Origin: Candidatus Thorarchaeota archaeon
Lineage (GTDB): Archaea; Asgardarchaeota; Heimdallarchaeia; Hodarchaeales; Hodarchaeaceae
Direction: 5' to 3'
DNA length: 64,000 nucleotides
Assembly (NCBI GenBank): GCA_048882505.1
Contig: JBHLRO010000003.1
Location: forward strand, 82,265-146,264
A program made the position numbers and the translations under genes. Shown here in pieces: positions 37,544 to 46,466 of this stretch; position 1 is the first letter of the stretch; the number at the start of each line of letters is the position of its first letter. The notes below the pieces were generated by a model. It was not told the origin of the DNA. It ran no database searches and saw nothing but the letters and a program-made list of their open reading frames with translations.

Positions 37544-38403
37544 CCTCGTTTATAGAAAGGAACCTCCATAAATGCATGGATGGGAATAAACTTTCCGAGA
37601 TCATTTTATCCCAGGTCAAAGACGATATTCAAGGGAAGAAGTACAGCCCTCGACTTGCTGCTATTATTGTGGGGAACGATCCGAGCCTGTATACCTATCA
37701 GCGAATGAAAGAGAAAAAATGCGCCGAGGTAGGAATCCGCTATTCTCTATACGTCTATAAAAAACCCCCCTCCCAAGAAGAACTAACCACCAAGATCAGA
37801 CAGATGAATGACGATCCTGATGTCACAGGCGTAATGGTACAACTTCCCCTGCCTTCAGACTGGAATGAGAACAGAATCTTGGAGCTAATAGAAACTGAAA
37901 AGGATGTGGATGGTTTAAATTATGTAAACATCGGGAGATCTCTCTATAACTCCAATGTTTTTGTCCCTTGTGCGGCGGAAGGCATTATGACAATGTTGAA
38001 ACACTATCACATCCCGATTGAAGGGAAAAAGGCGGTTGTTTTAGGGAGAGGACGTTTATTGGGAACTCCAGTTGCCATGCTTCTGGAACATAATGATGCA
38101 TTTGTCACAAAAATCCATTCAGTGGTGAATCAAACGGATATTGAAAGAGAGTTAAAAGCTGCAGATATAGTAATTTCAGCAACAGGAAAACCTTGTTTTA
38201 TTAAAGCTTCTATGTTAAAGGAAGGCGTCATTACCATCGATTGTGGTAATACGCGTCAAGAGAGGGAGTTCGAGGACCGTGTATTTGAAATTGCTTCGCA
38301 TTTTTCAACAACTCCAGGAGGCGTAGGTCCGATGACCATTGCAATTTTGATAAATAATACGTTAAAGGCATATAAACACTTACACGGAGTTGAGGATGAA
38401 TGA
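37540..38403 (+). CDS. folD: Bifunctional methylene-THF dehydrogenase / methenyl-THF cyclohydrolase
   Basis: FolD signatures are present: LAAIIVGNDPSLYTYQRMKEKKC, VVLGRGRLLGTPVAMLL and TPGGVGPMTIAILINNT. Confidence 0.85.
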   Translation: MTSFIERNLHKCMDGNKLSEIILSQVKDDIQGKKYSPRLAAIIVGNDPSLYTYQRMKEKKCAEVGIRYSLYVYKKPPSQEELTTKIRQMNDDPDVTGVMVQLPLPSDWNENRILELIETEKDVDGLNYVNIGRSLYNSNVFVPCAAEGIMTMLKHYHIPIEGKKAVVLGRGRLLGTPVAMLLEHNDAFVTKIHSVVNQTDIERELKAADIVISATGKPCFIKASMLKEGVITIDCGNTRQEREFEDRVFEIASHFSTTPGGVGPMTIAILINNTLKAYKHLHGVEDE

Positions 38404-39128
38404 AGATTGGTGTTTTAGCCAGTGGTGGAGGTTCAAATCTCCAATCAATTATTAACGCCTGTGAAAGTGACTACATTCCCGACTCAAGAGTAGAACTAGT
38501 AATCAGTAATAAAAAAGATGCTTATGCCCTAGAACGGGCCAAGAAACATGAGATAGAGTCCATGTGGTTAAAACCACCCCTGGGTATGAAAAAATTTCAG
38601 AAAGGAGGGAATTTGGCTGAAATTCTGGCTGATCCAGTCAGGCAGAAATATGATACACAAATCAAAAAAGCCCTGCTTGACCTTCACATTGATGTTCTCT
38701 GCATGGCAGGATATATGCTCTTTGCTACTCCAATTCTTTTGGATAATTGGGATATTATTAACATACATCCAGCGCTTCTCCCTGCGTTTCCGGGTATGCA
38801 TGGAGTTCAGGATGCATGGGATTATGGTACACAGGTGATAGGCTGTACTACTCACTTTGCTGATCAAAAGATGGATCACGGCGCAATAATACTCCAGGCA
38901 ACAACTCCTGTATTCCCAGGGGAAGATCCTAAGGCTTTGGCCGATAGAAATCTTAGACGGGAACACTTGATTTATCCCGAATCGCTGAGATTATACCAAC
39001 AAGGCCTTTTAACAAGAAAAGGAAGAAGAATTACAATTGAATGGGATGAAACCCATTACTTGTTTCACCAAGAATTGTTAGAATTATGGAGGAATGATTT
39101 TCATGATTACTATAATAGCAGGCAGTAG
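38400..39128 (+). CDS. purN: Phosphoribosylglycinamide formyltransferase
   Basis: PurN motifs are present: MKIGVLASGGGSNLQSI and INIHPALLPAFPGMHG. Confidence 0.85.
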   Translation: MKIGVLASGGGSNLQSIINACESDYIPDSRVELVISNKKDAYALERAKKHEIESMWLKPPLGMKKFQKGGNLAEILADPVRQKYDTQIKKALLDLHIDVLCMAGYMLFATPILLDNWDIINIHPALLPAFPGMHGVQDAWDYGTQVIGCTTHFADQKMDHGAIILQATTPVFPGEDPKALADRNLRREHLIYPESLRLYQQGLLTRKGRRITIEWDETHYLFHQELLELWRNDFHDYYNSRQ

Positions 39129-39477
39129 AAGCGATGAAAAAATTGTGAAAAAGGTAACTGAAGTGTTGGAAAATAAAGTAGAATTCGCAATTCATTATGC
39201 CTCATGTCATCGAAACCCTGAAGTAGTGGATAGGGTTATTTCTGAGTCTTCAGCACAGGTTTTCATTTGTATTGCTGGTCTGGCTGCTGCTTTACCTGGT
39301 TATGTGGCGGCTCGGACAGAAAAACCAGTTATAGGTGTTCCTGTTTCAGGGGTACTTAATGGATTAGATGCTCTGCTATCGATTGCTCAACTACCCAAAG
39401 GGGTTCCCGTGGCCTGTGTAGGTATAGATAATGGACAGAATGCTGGCCTCTTGGCATTAAGGATTTTGGAAAAATGA
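39094..39477 (+). CDS. purE: N5-CAIR mutase / AIR carboxylase catalytic subunit
   Basis: The PurE pattern is present: IIAGSRSD, ICIAGLAAALPGYVAARTEKPVIGVPV and LLSIAQLPKGVPVACVG. Confidence 0.8.
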   Translation: MIFMITIIAGSRSDEKIVKKVTEVLENKVEFAIHYASCHRNPEVVDRVISESSAQVFICIAGLAAALPGYVAARTEKPVIGVPVSGVLNGLDALLSIAQLPKGVPVACVGIDNGQNAGLLALRILEK

Positions 39478-40700
39478 TTCACCCATTTGAAGAGCGGTAC
39501 CGAACCTCAGTGGCGGACCTGTTTGAGGAGGAAGCCAGAATAGGATTTATGGTTGATGTCGAAGTTGCTTTGGCCCAAGCCCATTATAATCTGGGAGTTA
39601 TTACCGAAGATGAGTATCGCCGCATTAGTGAAGCCGCCAAATCGGTAACCGCTCAAAAGGTAAAAGATATTGAAAAAATAACCCACCATGACATCATGGC
39701 CTTGGTACAGGCCCTAACTGAAGCCTCAGAGTGTGATAAAGTTCACATTGGTGCAACCTCGCAGGATATAATAGATTCAACCCTCGGTCTTCAAATGAAA
39801 AAAGCTAATGAAGTGATTTTACAAGATTTACAGAATCTGAAAGATGTCCTATTAAAAATGGCAGAACGAACCAAACATCTTGTCTGTATCAGCCGGACCC
39901 ATGGACAACACGCCCTACCGATGACGTATGGTCTTAAATTCGCTTTGTGGGCGTACGAGGTTAACGAAATTATCGAAGACCTAAGGGATACCAAATTTTA
40001 TGGAAAAATGAAGGGAGCGGTTGGAACATATGCGAGTTTTACAGAACTGAACGAAAATGGGATGGAGGTAGAAAGGATAGTATTAACCCAACTCGGACTG
40101 GAAGTACCTTTAGTAACCAACCAAGTTGTTCCCCGGCTTTTTATAGCGAAATACTTGTTTAATCTGATATCGACGGTCTGTGTAATAGAAAAGATTGCAA
40201 AAGAAATAAGAAATCTGCAAAGAACAGAGATAATGGAGGTAGGGGAGCCTTTCGCCTCACAACAGACAGGAAGCTCGACGATGCCACACAAGCGTAATCC
40301 TCACAAGAGCGAAAACCTTTGTGCTTTAGCAAAACGTCTGCGTACAAATATTCTACCCGCGTTAGAAAATATTTCACTGGAACACGAACGTGATATAACA
40401 AACAGCGCCAATGAACGTATCATAGTACCGGAAACAATCATTTTGACGCATTATATGATCCTGCAGGCTGTCTATATCCTAAAGAACCTGGAGTTTTTCG
40501 AAGAAAATATCAAAGGAAACTTAGCGAAGCAGCCCGGCATTCTCATGGAAAAGAAGATGATGCAACTAATAAAGGAAGGTTATGGAAGGCAGGAGGCGTA
40601 TCAAGCGGCTAAGAAAGCTCTCAATGAGGCTGATTCTCCCTCTTCTTATCTGGGTCTTGCAGTTGAGACAACCAATAACGTGATTGAGGTGTTGAGGTAA
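39474..40700 (+). CDS. purB: Adenylosuccinate lyase
   Basis: The fumarate-lyase signature is SRTHGQHALPMTYGLKFALW and PurB-like helical domains are present. The stop overlaps the purF start by 1 nt. Confidence 0.85.
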   Translation: MIHPFEERYRTSVADLFEEEARIGFMVDVEVALAQAHYNLGVITEDEYRRISEAAKSVTAQKVKDIEKITHHDIMALVQALTEASECDKVHIGATSQDIIDSTLGLQMKKANEVILQDLQNLKDVLLKMAERTKHLVCISRTHGQHALPMTYGLKFALWAYEVNEIIEDLRDTKFYGKMKGAVGTYASFTELNENGMEVERIVLTQLGLEVPLVTNQVVPRLFIAKYLFNLISTVCVIEKIAKEIRNLQRTEIMEVGEPFASQQTGSSTMPHKRNPHKSENLCALAKRLRTNILPALENISLEHERDITNSANERIIVPETIILTHYMILQAVYILKNLEFFEENIKGNLAKQPGILMEKKMMQLIKEGYGRQEAYQAAKKALNEADSPSSYLGLAVETTNNVIEVLR

Positions 40701-42100
40701 TGTGTGGGATAATAGGGGTAATCGGAGGGAACCTTAATGTTGGTACCTTTTTAATGTGTCTCGAGGCCCTTGCCACTAGAGGACAGGAGGCCGCGGGCTT
40801 AACGGGATTTATAGGCGGTTTTATTTCCCAAAAAACCCAAGGAACTGCAAAAAATCTTGAAGCTTCGCTTCCGAATACATCTGAAAAGGTAGATATTTGT
40901 GTTGCTTCGACACGATATCCAACCATTGGTAGTCTGCGCAAGGAATCGCTTCACAGACACCTAGCTCCGTTCACGGAATCCACGTCAGGAAATGGTGTTC
41001 TTAGTTTGGCATTTAATGGAAACATTATCTTTCCTGAGGTAATAAACCAAGGTAATGATGGTGCGCTTCTTTGTAAGTTGCTGAAAGAGAATCTGGAAAA
41101 TACCGATCATTCGATTTATGAAGCGGTTCAGAGAGTCATGGCGCAGACAGATGGCTCCTATAGTGTCGTAGCAATGTTAGGCGATGATAAAATTATCGCT
41201 TTTAGGGATCCATTTGGTATAAGGCCTCTATGTTGGGGAGAATTAGATGATGGATATGTGGTGACCTCTGAAACCCGAATTCTTGAGAAACTCGGAATTT
41301 ACGACTTTAATTTCGTTCCACCAGGAGGATTACTCATCTTTTCTCGTGGGCGGTTTGAACGACATAGAATTCGGTTTGAACAAACGCACCACTGCATGTT
41401 TGAATGGACCTATTTTTCCCAAGCTCCTTCAATTAATGAAGGGGCCGAAGTTTATACAGTACGATATAATCTGGGAACTATTTTGGGACGTTTATTGAAA
41501 GAACAGGGGATTGCCACCGCAGATTACGTAATTCCCGTCCCCAACACATCTCGATCTGGCGCTGTGGGATGCGCGGATTACCTAGGGCTAAGATATGCAG
41601 ATGGCCTAATTAAAAACACGACTGGTCGAATATTCATTAAACCCAAAAAATCAAGAATTAAAGAAATCAAGGTGGTATATGAAACCGTGGAGAGCGTCGT
41701 CAGAAATAAGAAAATCATCTTAATTGATGATAGTATCGTCAGAGGAACAACCTTAACAAGTGTTATTGACCTACTTAGAAAGAAGGGAGCGAAAGAAATT
41801 CATGTTGGGATAACAACTCCCATGATCAAATATCCTTGTGTATACGGGATAGATATGTCACGGCCAGGGGAATTATTGGCATCGAAACGAACCGTGGAGG
41901 AGATCAAAACCAAATTAGGCTGTGATTCGTTAACTTATATGTCCATAGAGGGTTTGAGAGAAGCGATCGAAGTTGATGGTTTATGTACAGCATGTTTGGA
42001 TGCGATATACCCCACCCCAAAAGCGCGAGAACTCTTCAGAAATATCGATAAAATGAATGAGGATGAACGAGCATATGAACAGAATATTATTGCTAGGTAA
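40700..42100 (+). CDS. purF: Amidophosphoribosyltransferase
   Basis: The Ntn Cys1 (MCGIIGV) is followed by a PRTase domain (ILIDDSIVRGTT). Confidence 0.9.
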   Translation: MCGIIGVIGGNLNVGTFLMCLEALATRGQEAAGLTGFIGGFISQKTQGTAKNLEASLPNTSEKVDICVASTRYPTIGSLRKESLHRHLAPFTESTSGNGVLSLAFNGNIIFPEVINQGNDGALLCKLLKENLENTDHSIYEAVQRVMAQTDGSYSVVAMLGDDKIIAFRDPFGIRPLCWGELDDGYVVTSETRILEKLGIYDFNFVPPGGLLIFSRGRFERHRIRFEQTHHCMFEWTYFSQAPSINEGAEVYTVRYNLGTILGRLLKEQGIATADYVIPVPNTSRSGAVGCADYLGLRYADGLIKNTTGRIFIKPKKSRIKEIKVVYETVESVVRNKKIILIDDSIVRGTTLTSVIDLLRKKGAKEIHVGITTPMIKYPCVYGIDMSRPGELLASKRTVEEIKTKLGCDSLTYMSIEGLREAIEVDGLCTACLDAIYPTPKARELFRNIDKMNEDERAYEQNIIAR

Positions 42101-43382
42101 TGGTGCCCGAGAACATGCAATTGCCAAAGCCTTGAAACATAACGAAAATGTTGAATTAATGGCTTATATGAACAGGATTAATCCAGGGATAAAGAATTTA
42201 GCAAAGGAATTTCATATAGGAAACCTAAATTCCAACAAGAGTATTGTGGCCTTTGCGAAAAAGACCAAGGTGGATTTAGCTGTCATAGGTCCCGAAAATC
42301 CTTTGGCAAATGGAATCGTGGACGAATTGATGAGAGATGCTGATATCCCTTCAGCATCACCCGATAAAGCCATGAGCAAATTGGAATGGAGCAAGGCCTA
42401 CACCCGACAAATTCTGTTTGACAACTCAATACCTGCAAATCCAGAATTTCATATATTTACTGAAAGGGACGATCAGAATGAAATTGTTCGAGAAATCGAG
42501 CGTTTAATGAAAGATTGGAATAATCAGGTAGCTGTAAAACCTGATTATCTTACAGGGGGAAAAGGAGTAAAAGTGTGGGGAGATCATTTTTCAAATCGCG
42601 ATCAAGTTTTTGATTATATCAGGGATGTCCTTTCCAAAGGGAATCGTAAGGTAATCGTTGAAAGGAAGCTACAGAGACCGTCTCAACTTGTAAATTCAGA
42701 ATTTACACTTCAGGCATTTGTCAGCGGAGAAAATCTTTTAGGAATGCCACTTGTTCAAGATTTTAAGCGAGCGTATGATGGTGATAAAGGTCCAAACACT
42801 GGGAGTATGGGTTCTTATTCATGTACAAACCATTTGCTTCCATTTTTGTCTTCAACCGATTATGAGTTTGCACTTGAAGTCATGAAAAGCGCTGTCCGAG
42901 CAATTGGAGGATACCGAGGATTCTTATATGGACAGTTTATGCTTACAACTGAAGGAGTGAAACTGATAGAGTTTAACTCCCGTCTTGGAGACCCAGAAGC
43001 GATCAATGTGCTTCCACTATTTGTGGAGGATTTTACGCAATCTTGCTATGAACTGGTACAGGGAGGCCTCCCGAAAGATCAATGGCAAAAGAAGGCAACT
43101 GTTTGTGTCTACTTAACACCCAAAGGTTATCCAATCAACCCCGTGGAAGGAATGGAAGTGAAAATTGATGTTCCAAAAATTCAGGAAATGAATGGGGGCA
43201 TTTATTATGCCTCTGTTAAAGAGGAAGAAACAAATTCTGTTAGTACAACTAGTTCGCGTGCCCTTGGAATTCTTGGGATTGGTGATTCAGTTTCTGAAGC
43301 CAGAAATATCGCGTATTCCTGCATTGGGCATGTTCAGGGAGATTTACATTATAGAACGGATATTGCTGGTGGGATAGAATAG
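42057..43382 (+). CDS. purD: Phosphoribosylamine--glycine ligase
   Basis: An N-terminal RILLLGNGAREHAIAKAL is followed by an ATP-grasp domain. The likely true start is the internal Met at about 42075. Confidence 0.85.
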   Translation: MRMNEHMNRILLLGNGAREHAIAKALKHNENVELMAYMNRINPGIKNLAKEFHIGNLNSNKSIVAFAKKTKVDLAVIGPENPLANGIVDELMRDADIPSASPDKAMSKLEWSKAYTRQILFDNSIPANPEFHIFTERDDQNEIVREIERLMKDWNNQVAVKPDYLTGGKGVKVWGDHFSNRDQVFDYIRDVLSKGNRKVIVERKLQRPSQLVNSEFTLQAFVSGENLLGMPLVQDFKRAYDGDKGPNTGSMGSYSCTNHLLPFLSSTDYEFALEVMKSAVRAIGGYRGFLYGQFMLTTEGVKLIEFNSRLGDPEAINVLPLFVEDFTQSCYELVQGGLPKDQWQKKATVCVYLTPKGYPINPVEGMEVKIDVPKIQEMNGGIYYASVKEEETNSVSTTSSRALGILGIGDSVSEARNIAYSCIGHVQGDLHYRTDIAGGIE

Positions 43383-44345
43383 GTGGTTCAATCCTATGAT
43401 CCAGAAAAGCCCTATAGTAGGCGGATTCTCGAAATCATTAGTCAAACTTGGGGTAATCAGGTTATTGATGTCCTAGGATATCCCGTGATCAAGGATTTTT
43501 TTGGTGCGCCTTATTTCATGGAACATGTTGACGGGATTGGTACAAAGGGCCTATTACACTTCCAACGGGGGAGTTTCGAGGAAGCAGCAACCGACGCGTT
43601 TGCAATGAACGTTAATGATCTTGCCATTCTAGGATTTCAACCACGATTGTTAAACTGCCATCTATTACTTCAAGAAGAAAATAACGACATTTCTTTACAA
43701 ATTATAAGTCAGATCGCATCGTTATGCAAGAAATACAGGATCCTTTATACAGGAGGGGAAACAGCCATTCTGGACACTATTTCAGGATTGGAAATCGGCA
43801 TTCATGTTAGTGGGACTGCCCAAAAACTCATCAATACACCACTCGAAGAAGGCGATCTTGTTTATGGACATCCTAGCAATGGGATTCATAGTAATGGTCT
43901 AACTCTAGCTCGAAGACTGCTTAAAGAAGAGATTTTGAAATATTTAGATATTTTAACAACACCAACCAAAATTTACTTTGGTGAGCTAAATCATACAGAC
44001 CGATGGGCCAAAAAACGGATGCACATTACAGGTGGAGCTTTTACAAAACTAAAAAAACTTCTAAACAGCAATTTAGGGATGATTGTTGACTTAACCGAGA
44101 TAAAAATACCAAGGATCTTTCAGATCCTTTTTGAAAGACTAAGACAATATTATGAAATGCCATGCAAGGAAATGCTTAGAACATTTAATTGTGGGATAGG
44201 GTTCATTGAGATTATCGACCCCCACAACAGGGATGCCTTTGAAGAGGCGTCCAAATCAGCTTTACTGATTGGTAAAGTAACTAAAATGGAGAAGGGATGC
44301 GTACAGATCAAATCTTCTTTTGAGAACGTAATCGTAGAGATGTAA
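43383..44345 (+). CDS. purM: Phosphoribosylformylglycinamidine cyclo-ligase (AIR synthase)
   Basis: The PurM motif is MEHVDGIGTKG and PurM N- and C-terminal domains are present. The gene sits inside the pur operon. Confidence 0.85.
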   Translation: MVQSYDPEKPYSRRILEIISQTWGNQVIDVLGYPVIKDFFGAPYFMEHVDGIGTKGLLHFQRGSFEEAATDAFAMNVNDLAILGFQPRLLNCHLLLQEENNDISLQIISQIASLCKKYRILYTGGETAILDTISGLEIGIHVSGTAQKLINTPLEEGDLVYGHPSNGIHSNGLTLARRLLKEEILKYLDILTTPTKIYFGELNHTDRWAKKRMHITGGAFTKLKKLLNSNLGMIVDLTEIKIPRIFQILFERLRQYYEMPCKEMLRTFNCGIGFIEIIDPHNRDAFEEASKSALLIGKVTKMEKGCVQIKSSFENVIVEM

Positions 44346-44497
44346 TGGCGTTATCGATCTAGAATATACCTTAAAAAATACCAGTATACCGTTGGGCTTT
44401 TTTTTGCCTCAACAACTGTATTTGAAAACAGATAGAATGGAAGTGTTGTAGAATAGTCATTTGGATTAAATTGTCCAATATCCCCTAAGGTGATTTT

Positions 44498-45478
44498 ATG
44501 GTTGAGATCCCGAATTTTAATCCCGTAAAAGCTGAAGAATATTTGGAATCACACGTAGAAAAACCATATTTTCGGTTATTGTATATGCGAGACGTTTTAG
44601 AACTTGGGATTCAAAATTCCGAATATTTAGAGGAACAAGATCGATTTTTATCCCAAAAACGGATATCAAGATTTATGGACAAGCAATTGGACAATGGTAG
44701 TTGGTTAGCGCCCGGAAAAGATGGAGTATGGAGCCCGATGCATAAAAGTACTGTTTGGACGCTTCTTTTCTTGGGCTATCTCGGATTGAACGGTCTCTCA
44801 CTTCCAAATATTGGCAAGGCTGTCGATTACGTTTTTGATACCAAAATTCACCAGGAAGAGAATGTTTTTCGCGAAGATCACAAAGTATGGGGGCATTTTA
44901 TGCAATGCGAAAACAGTATGTTATTGCGTTCGTTACTCTTGATGGGATTTGATGAGAGAGAAGATGTCAAACGAGCAAGTTTTGAACACTTAAAACGAAT
45001 TCATGGAAAAGAGGGCTTGTGTTATTATAAAAAAGGTCCCTTGAAAACTGATAGGATGAAATTACCTTGTGTTTGGGGACTAATCAAAGATTTATTATTT
45101 TTGAATCAGTGGCCAGAGGGATGGAAGCAAACTGAATATGGAAAAACGATTTCGTCTATAAGACGATATATATTGGGACATGATTTAACTATGACTGATT
45201 TTCCTCGTCTGAAGCAATCTGTTTCTAGCAAGTGGCATGCCCTTGCCTATTTTAGGAGTTACTATGCCGATATTTTTGAGTTAGTGGAAGCGTTAATCCC
45301 TGGAGGAGAGGATGTTCGAACCGAAATTCTGGGGGTTTTAAAGTTGTTAGGAAGCCTATGTCGGGATTCCGTAACTTGGATTTGCGGAATTACTCCAACT
45401 TGGAGAATCCAACTCGAAAGACTCCAAGAATCCAGTCCATGGCTAACCATAAAGGGATTAAGGCTCTCCAATTTATAG
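44498..45478 (+). CDS. Hypothetical protein, possible alpha/alpha-toroid (prenyltransferase/terpene-cyclase-like repeat) fold
   Basis: The 326-aa protein has recurrent aromatic/Trp-rich QW-like segments (DNGSWLAPGKDGVWSP; WGHFMQCENS; CVWGLIKD). It is embedded between purM and purL. Confidence 0.3.
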   Translation: MVEIPNFNPVKAEEYLESHVEKPYFRLLYMRDVLELGIQNSEYLEEQDRFLSQKRISRFMDKQLDNGSWLAPGKDGVWSPMHKSTVWTLLFLGYLGLNGLSLPNIGKAVDYVFDTKIHQEENVFREDHKVWGHFMQCENSMLLRSLLLMGFDEREDVKRASFEHLKRIHGKEGLCYYKKGPLKTDRMKLPCVWGLIKDLLFLNQWPEGWKQTEYGKTISSIRRYILGHDLTMTDFPRLKQSVSSKWHALAYFRSYYADIFELVEALIPGGEDVRTEILGVLKLLGSLCRDSVTWICGITPTWRIQLERLQESSPWLTIKGLRLSNL

Positions 45479-45587
45479 GTAAAAAGGATAGGAGCACTAA
45501 TTAACATCATTGATGCCCCTAACTAAGGTTTTAGCAACCTGTATGAAAAAGTATCAAATTAAAATCTGTTTAAATAGCCATTAAATT

Positions 45588-46367
45588 ATGCGAATACGAG
45601 ACCCTGAAGGCGTGGAACTCAAACATATCTTGAAATACGCCGATTTTGATGGCAAAAAGGTGCTAGAGATTGGATGTGGAGATGGAAGGCTAACCTACAA
45701 ATATGCCGCTTTAACGGAGCACGTTACCGCTATCGATCCATCCATGGAAGAGATAAAAAAGGCGATTGAGAAAATACCGAGTCATTTAACAGCAAAGCTA
45801 GAGTTTCGTGAGGGAGGAGGCGAAAGCTTGCCATTTTCGGATAATTCCTTTGATATTGCGTTTTTTGCTTACTCGTTATGTTGTTTTGATGGAATGGAGG
45901 AAATGAAAAACGGCGTAGATGAGGCATGGCGAGTTCTGACGCCCAATGGAGGCATATTGATAGGTCTTCAACCGAGTCTCTATCAACCATTTAAGGGTAA
46001 TAAAGGCTCTGTCCTACATTTAATTTCTCGCAGGCCAATCGATCTAGTGAATTATGATGGAGGAGATTGGACTGAAAAAAAGACACTTTCTCTTTACGCT
46101 CTCAAAAAGGCAACATTATATGATCACAAGTTTGAACCCATGGTTGATAAGAGTTTTACACGTAACACCTATTACAACACGATTGAAGAAGTTATAGATG
46201 AAGTAGGAATAGAGCTTAAGGGTCCATTAGAAGAAGTTTTGAACCTCCAAACTTATAATAAACTTAAAGAGATTACGGAATCACTAACGACGCCCAGAGG
46301 AATCTGTATACGGCAAAATGTTGTACTTTCAATCCTTAGAAAGTTGGCAGCCCCTAAGACTGGCTGA
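45588..46367 (+). CDS. Class I SAM-dependent methyltransferase
   Basis: Motif I is VLEIGCGDGRLT, post I is AIDPS and motif II-like is IAFFAYSLC. Confidence 0.7.
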   Translation: MRIRDPEGVELKHILKYADFDGKKVLEIGCGDGRLTYKYAALTEHVTAIDPSMEEIKKAIEKIPSHLTAKLEFREGGGESLPFSDNSFDIAFFAYSLCCFDGMEEMKNGVDEAWRVLTPNGGILIGLQPSLYQPFKGNKGSVLHLISRRPIDLVNYDGGDWTEKKTLSLYALKKATLYDHKFEPMVDKSFTRNTYYNTIEEVIDEVGIELKGPLEEVLNLQTYNKLKEITESLTTPRGICIRQNVVLSILRKLAAPKTG

Positions 46368-46466
46368 AACATACCTTCTAAGAGGACAAATCGACGAAAC
46401 ATTTTCAGGGGAAATCAGTTAATTAACACAGCGTTTAAATATTTATACCAGCAATACCAACGCCAC

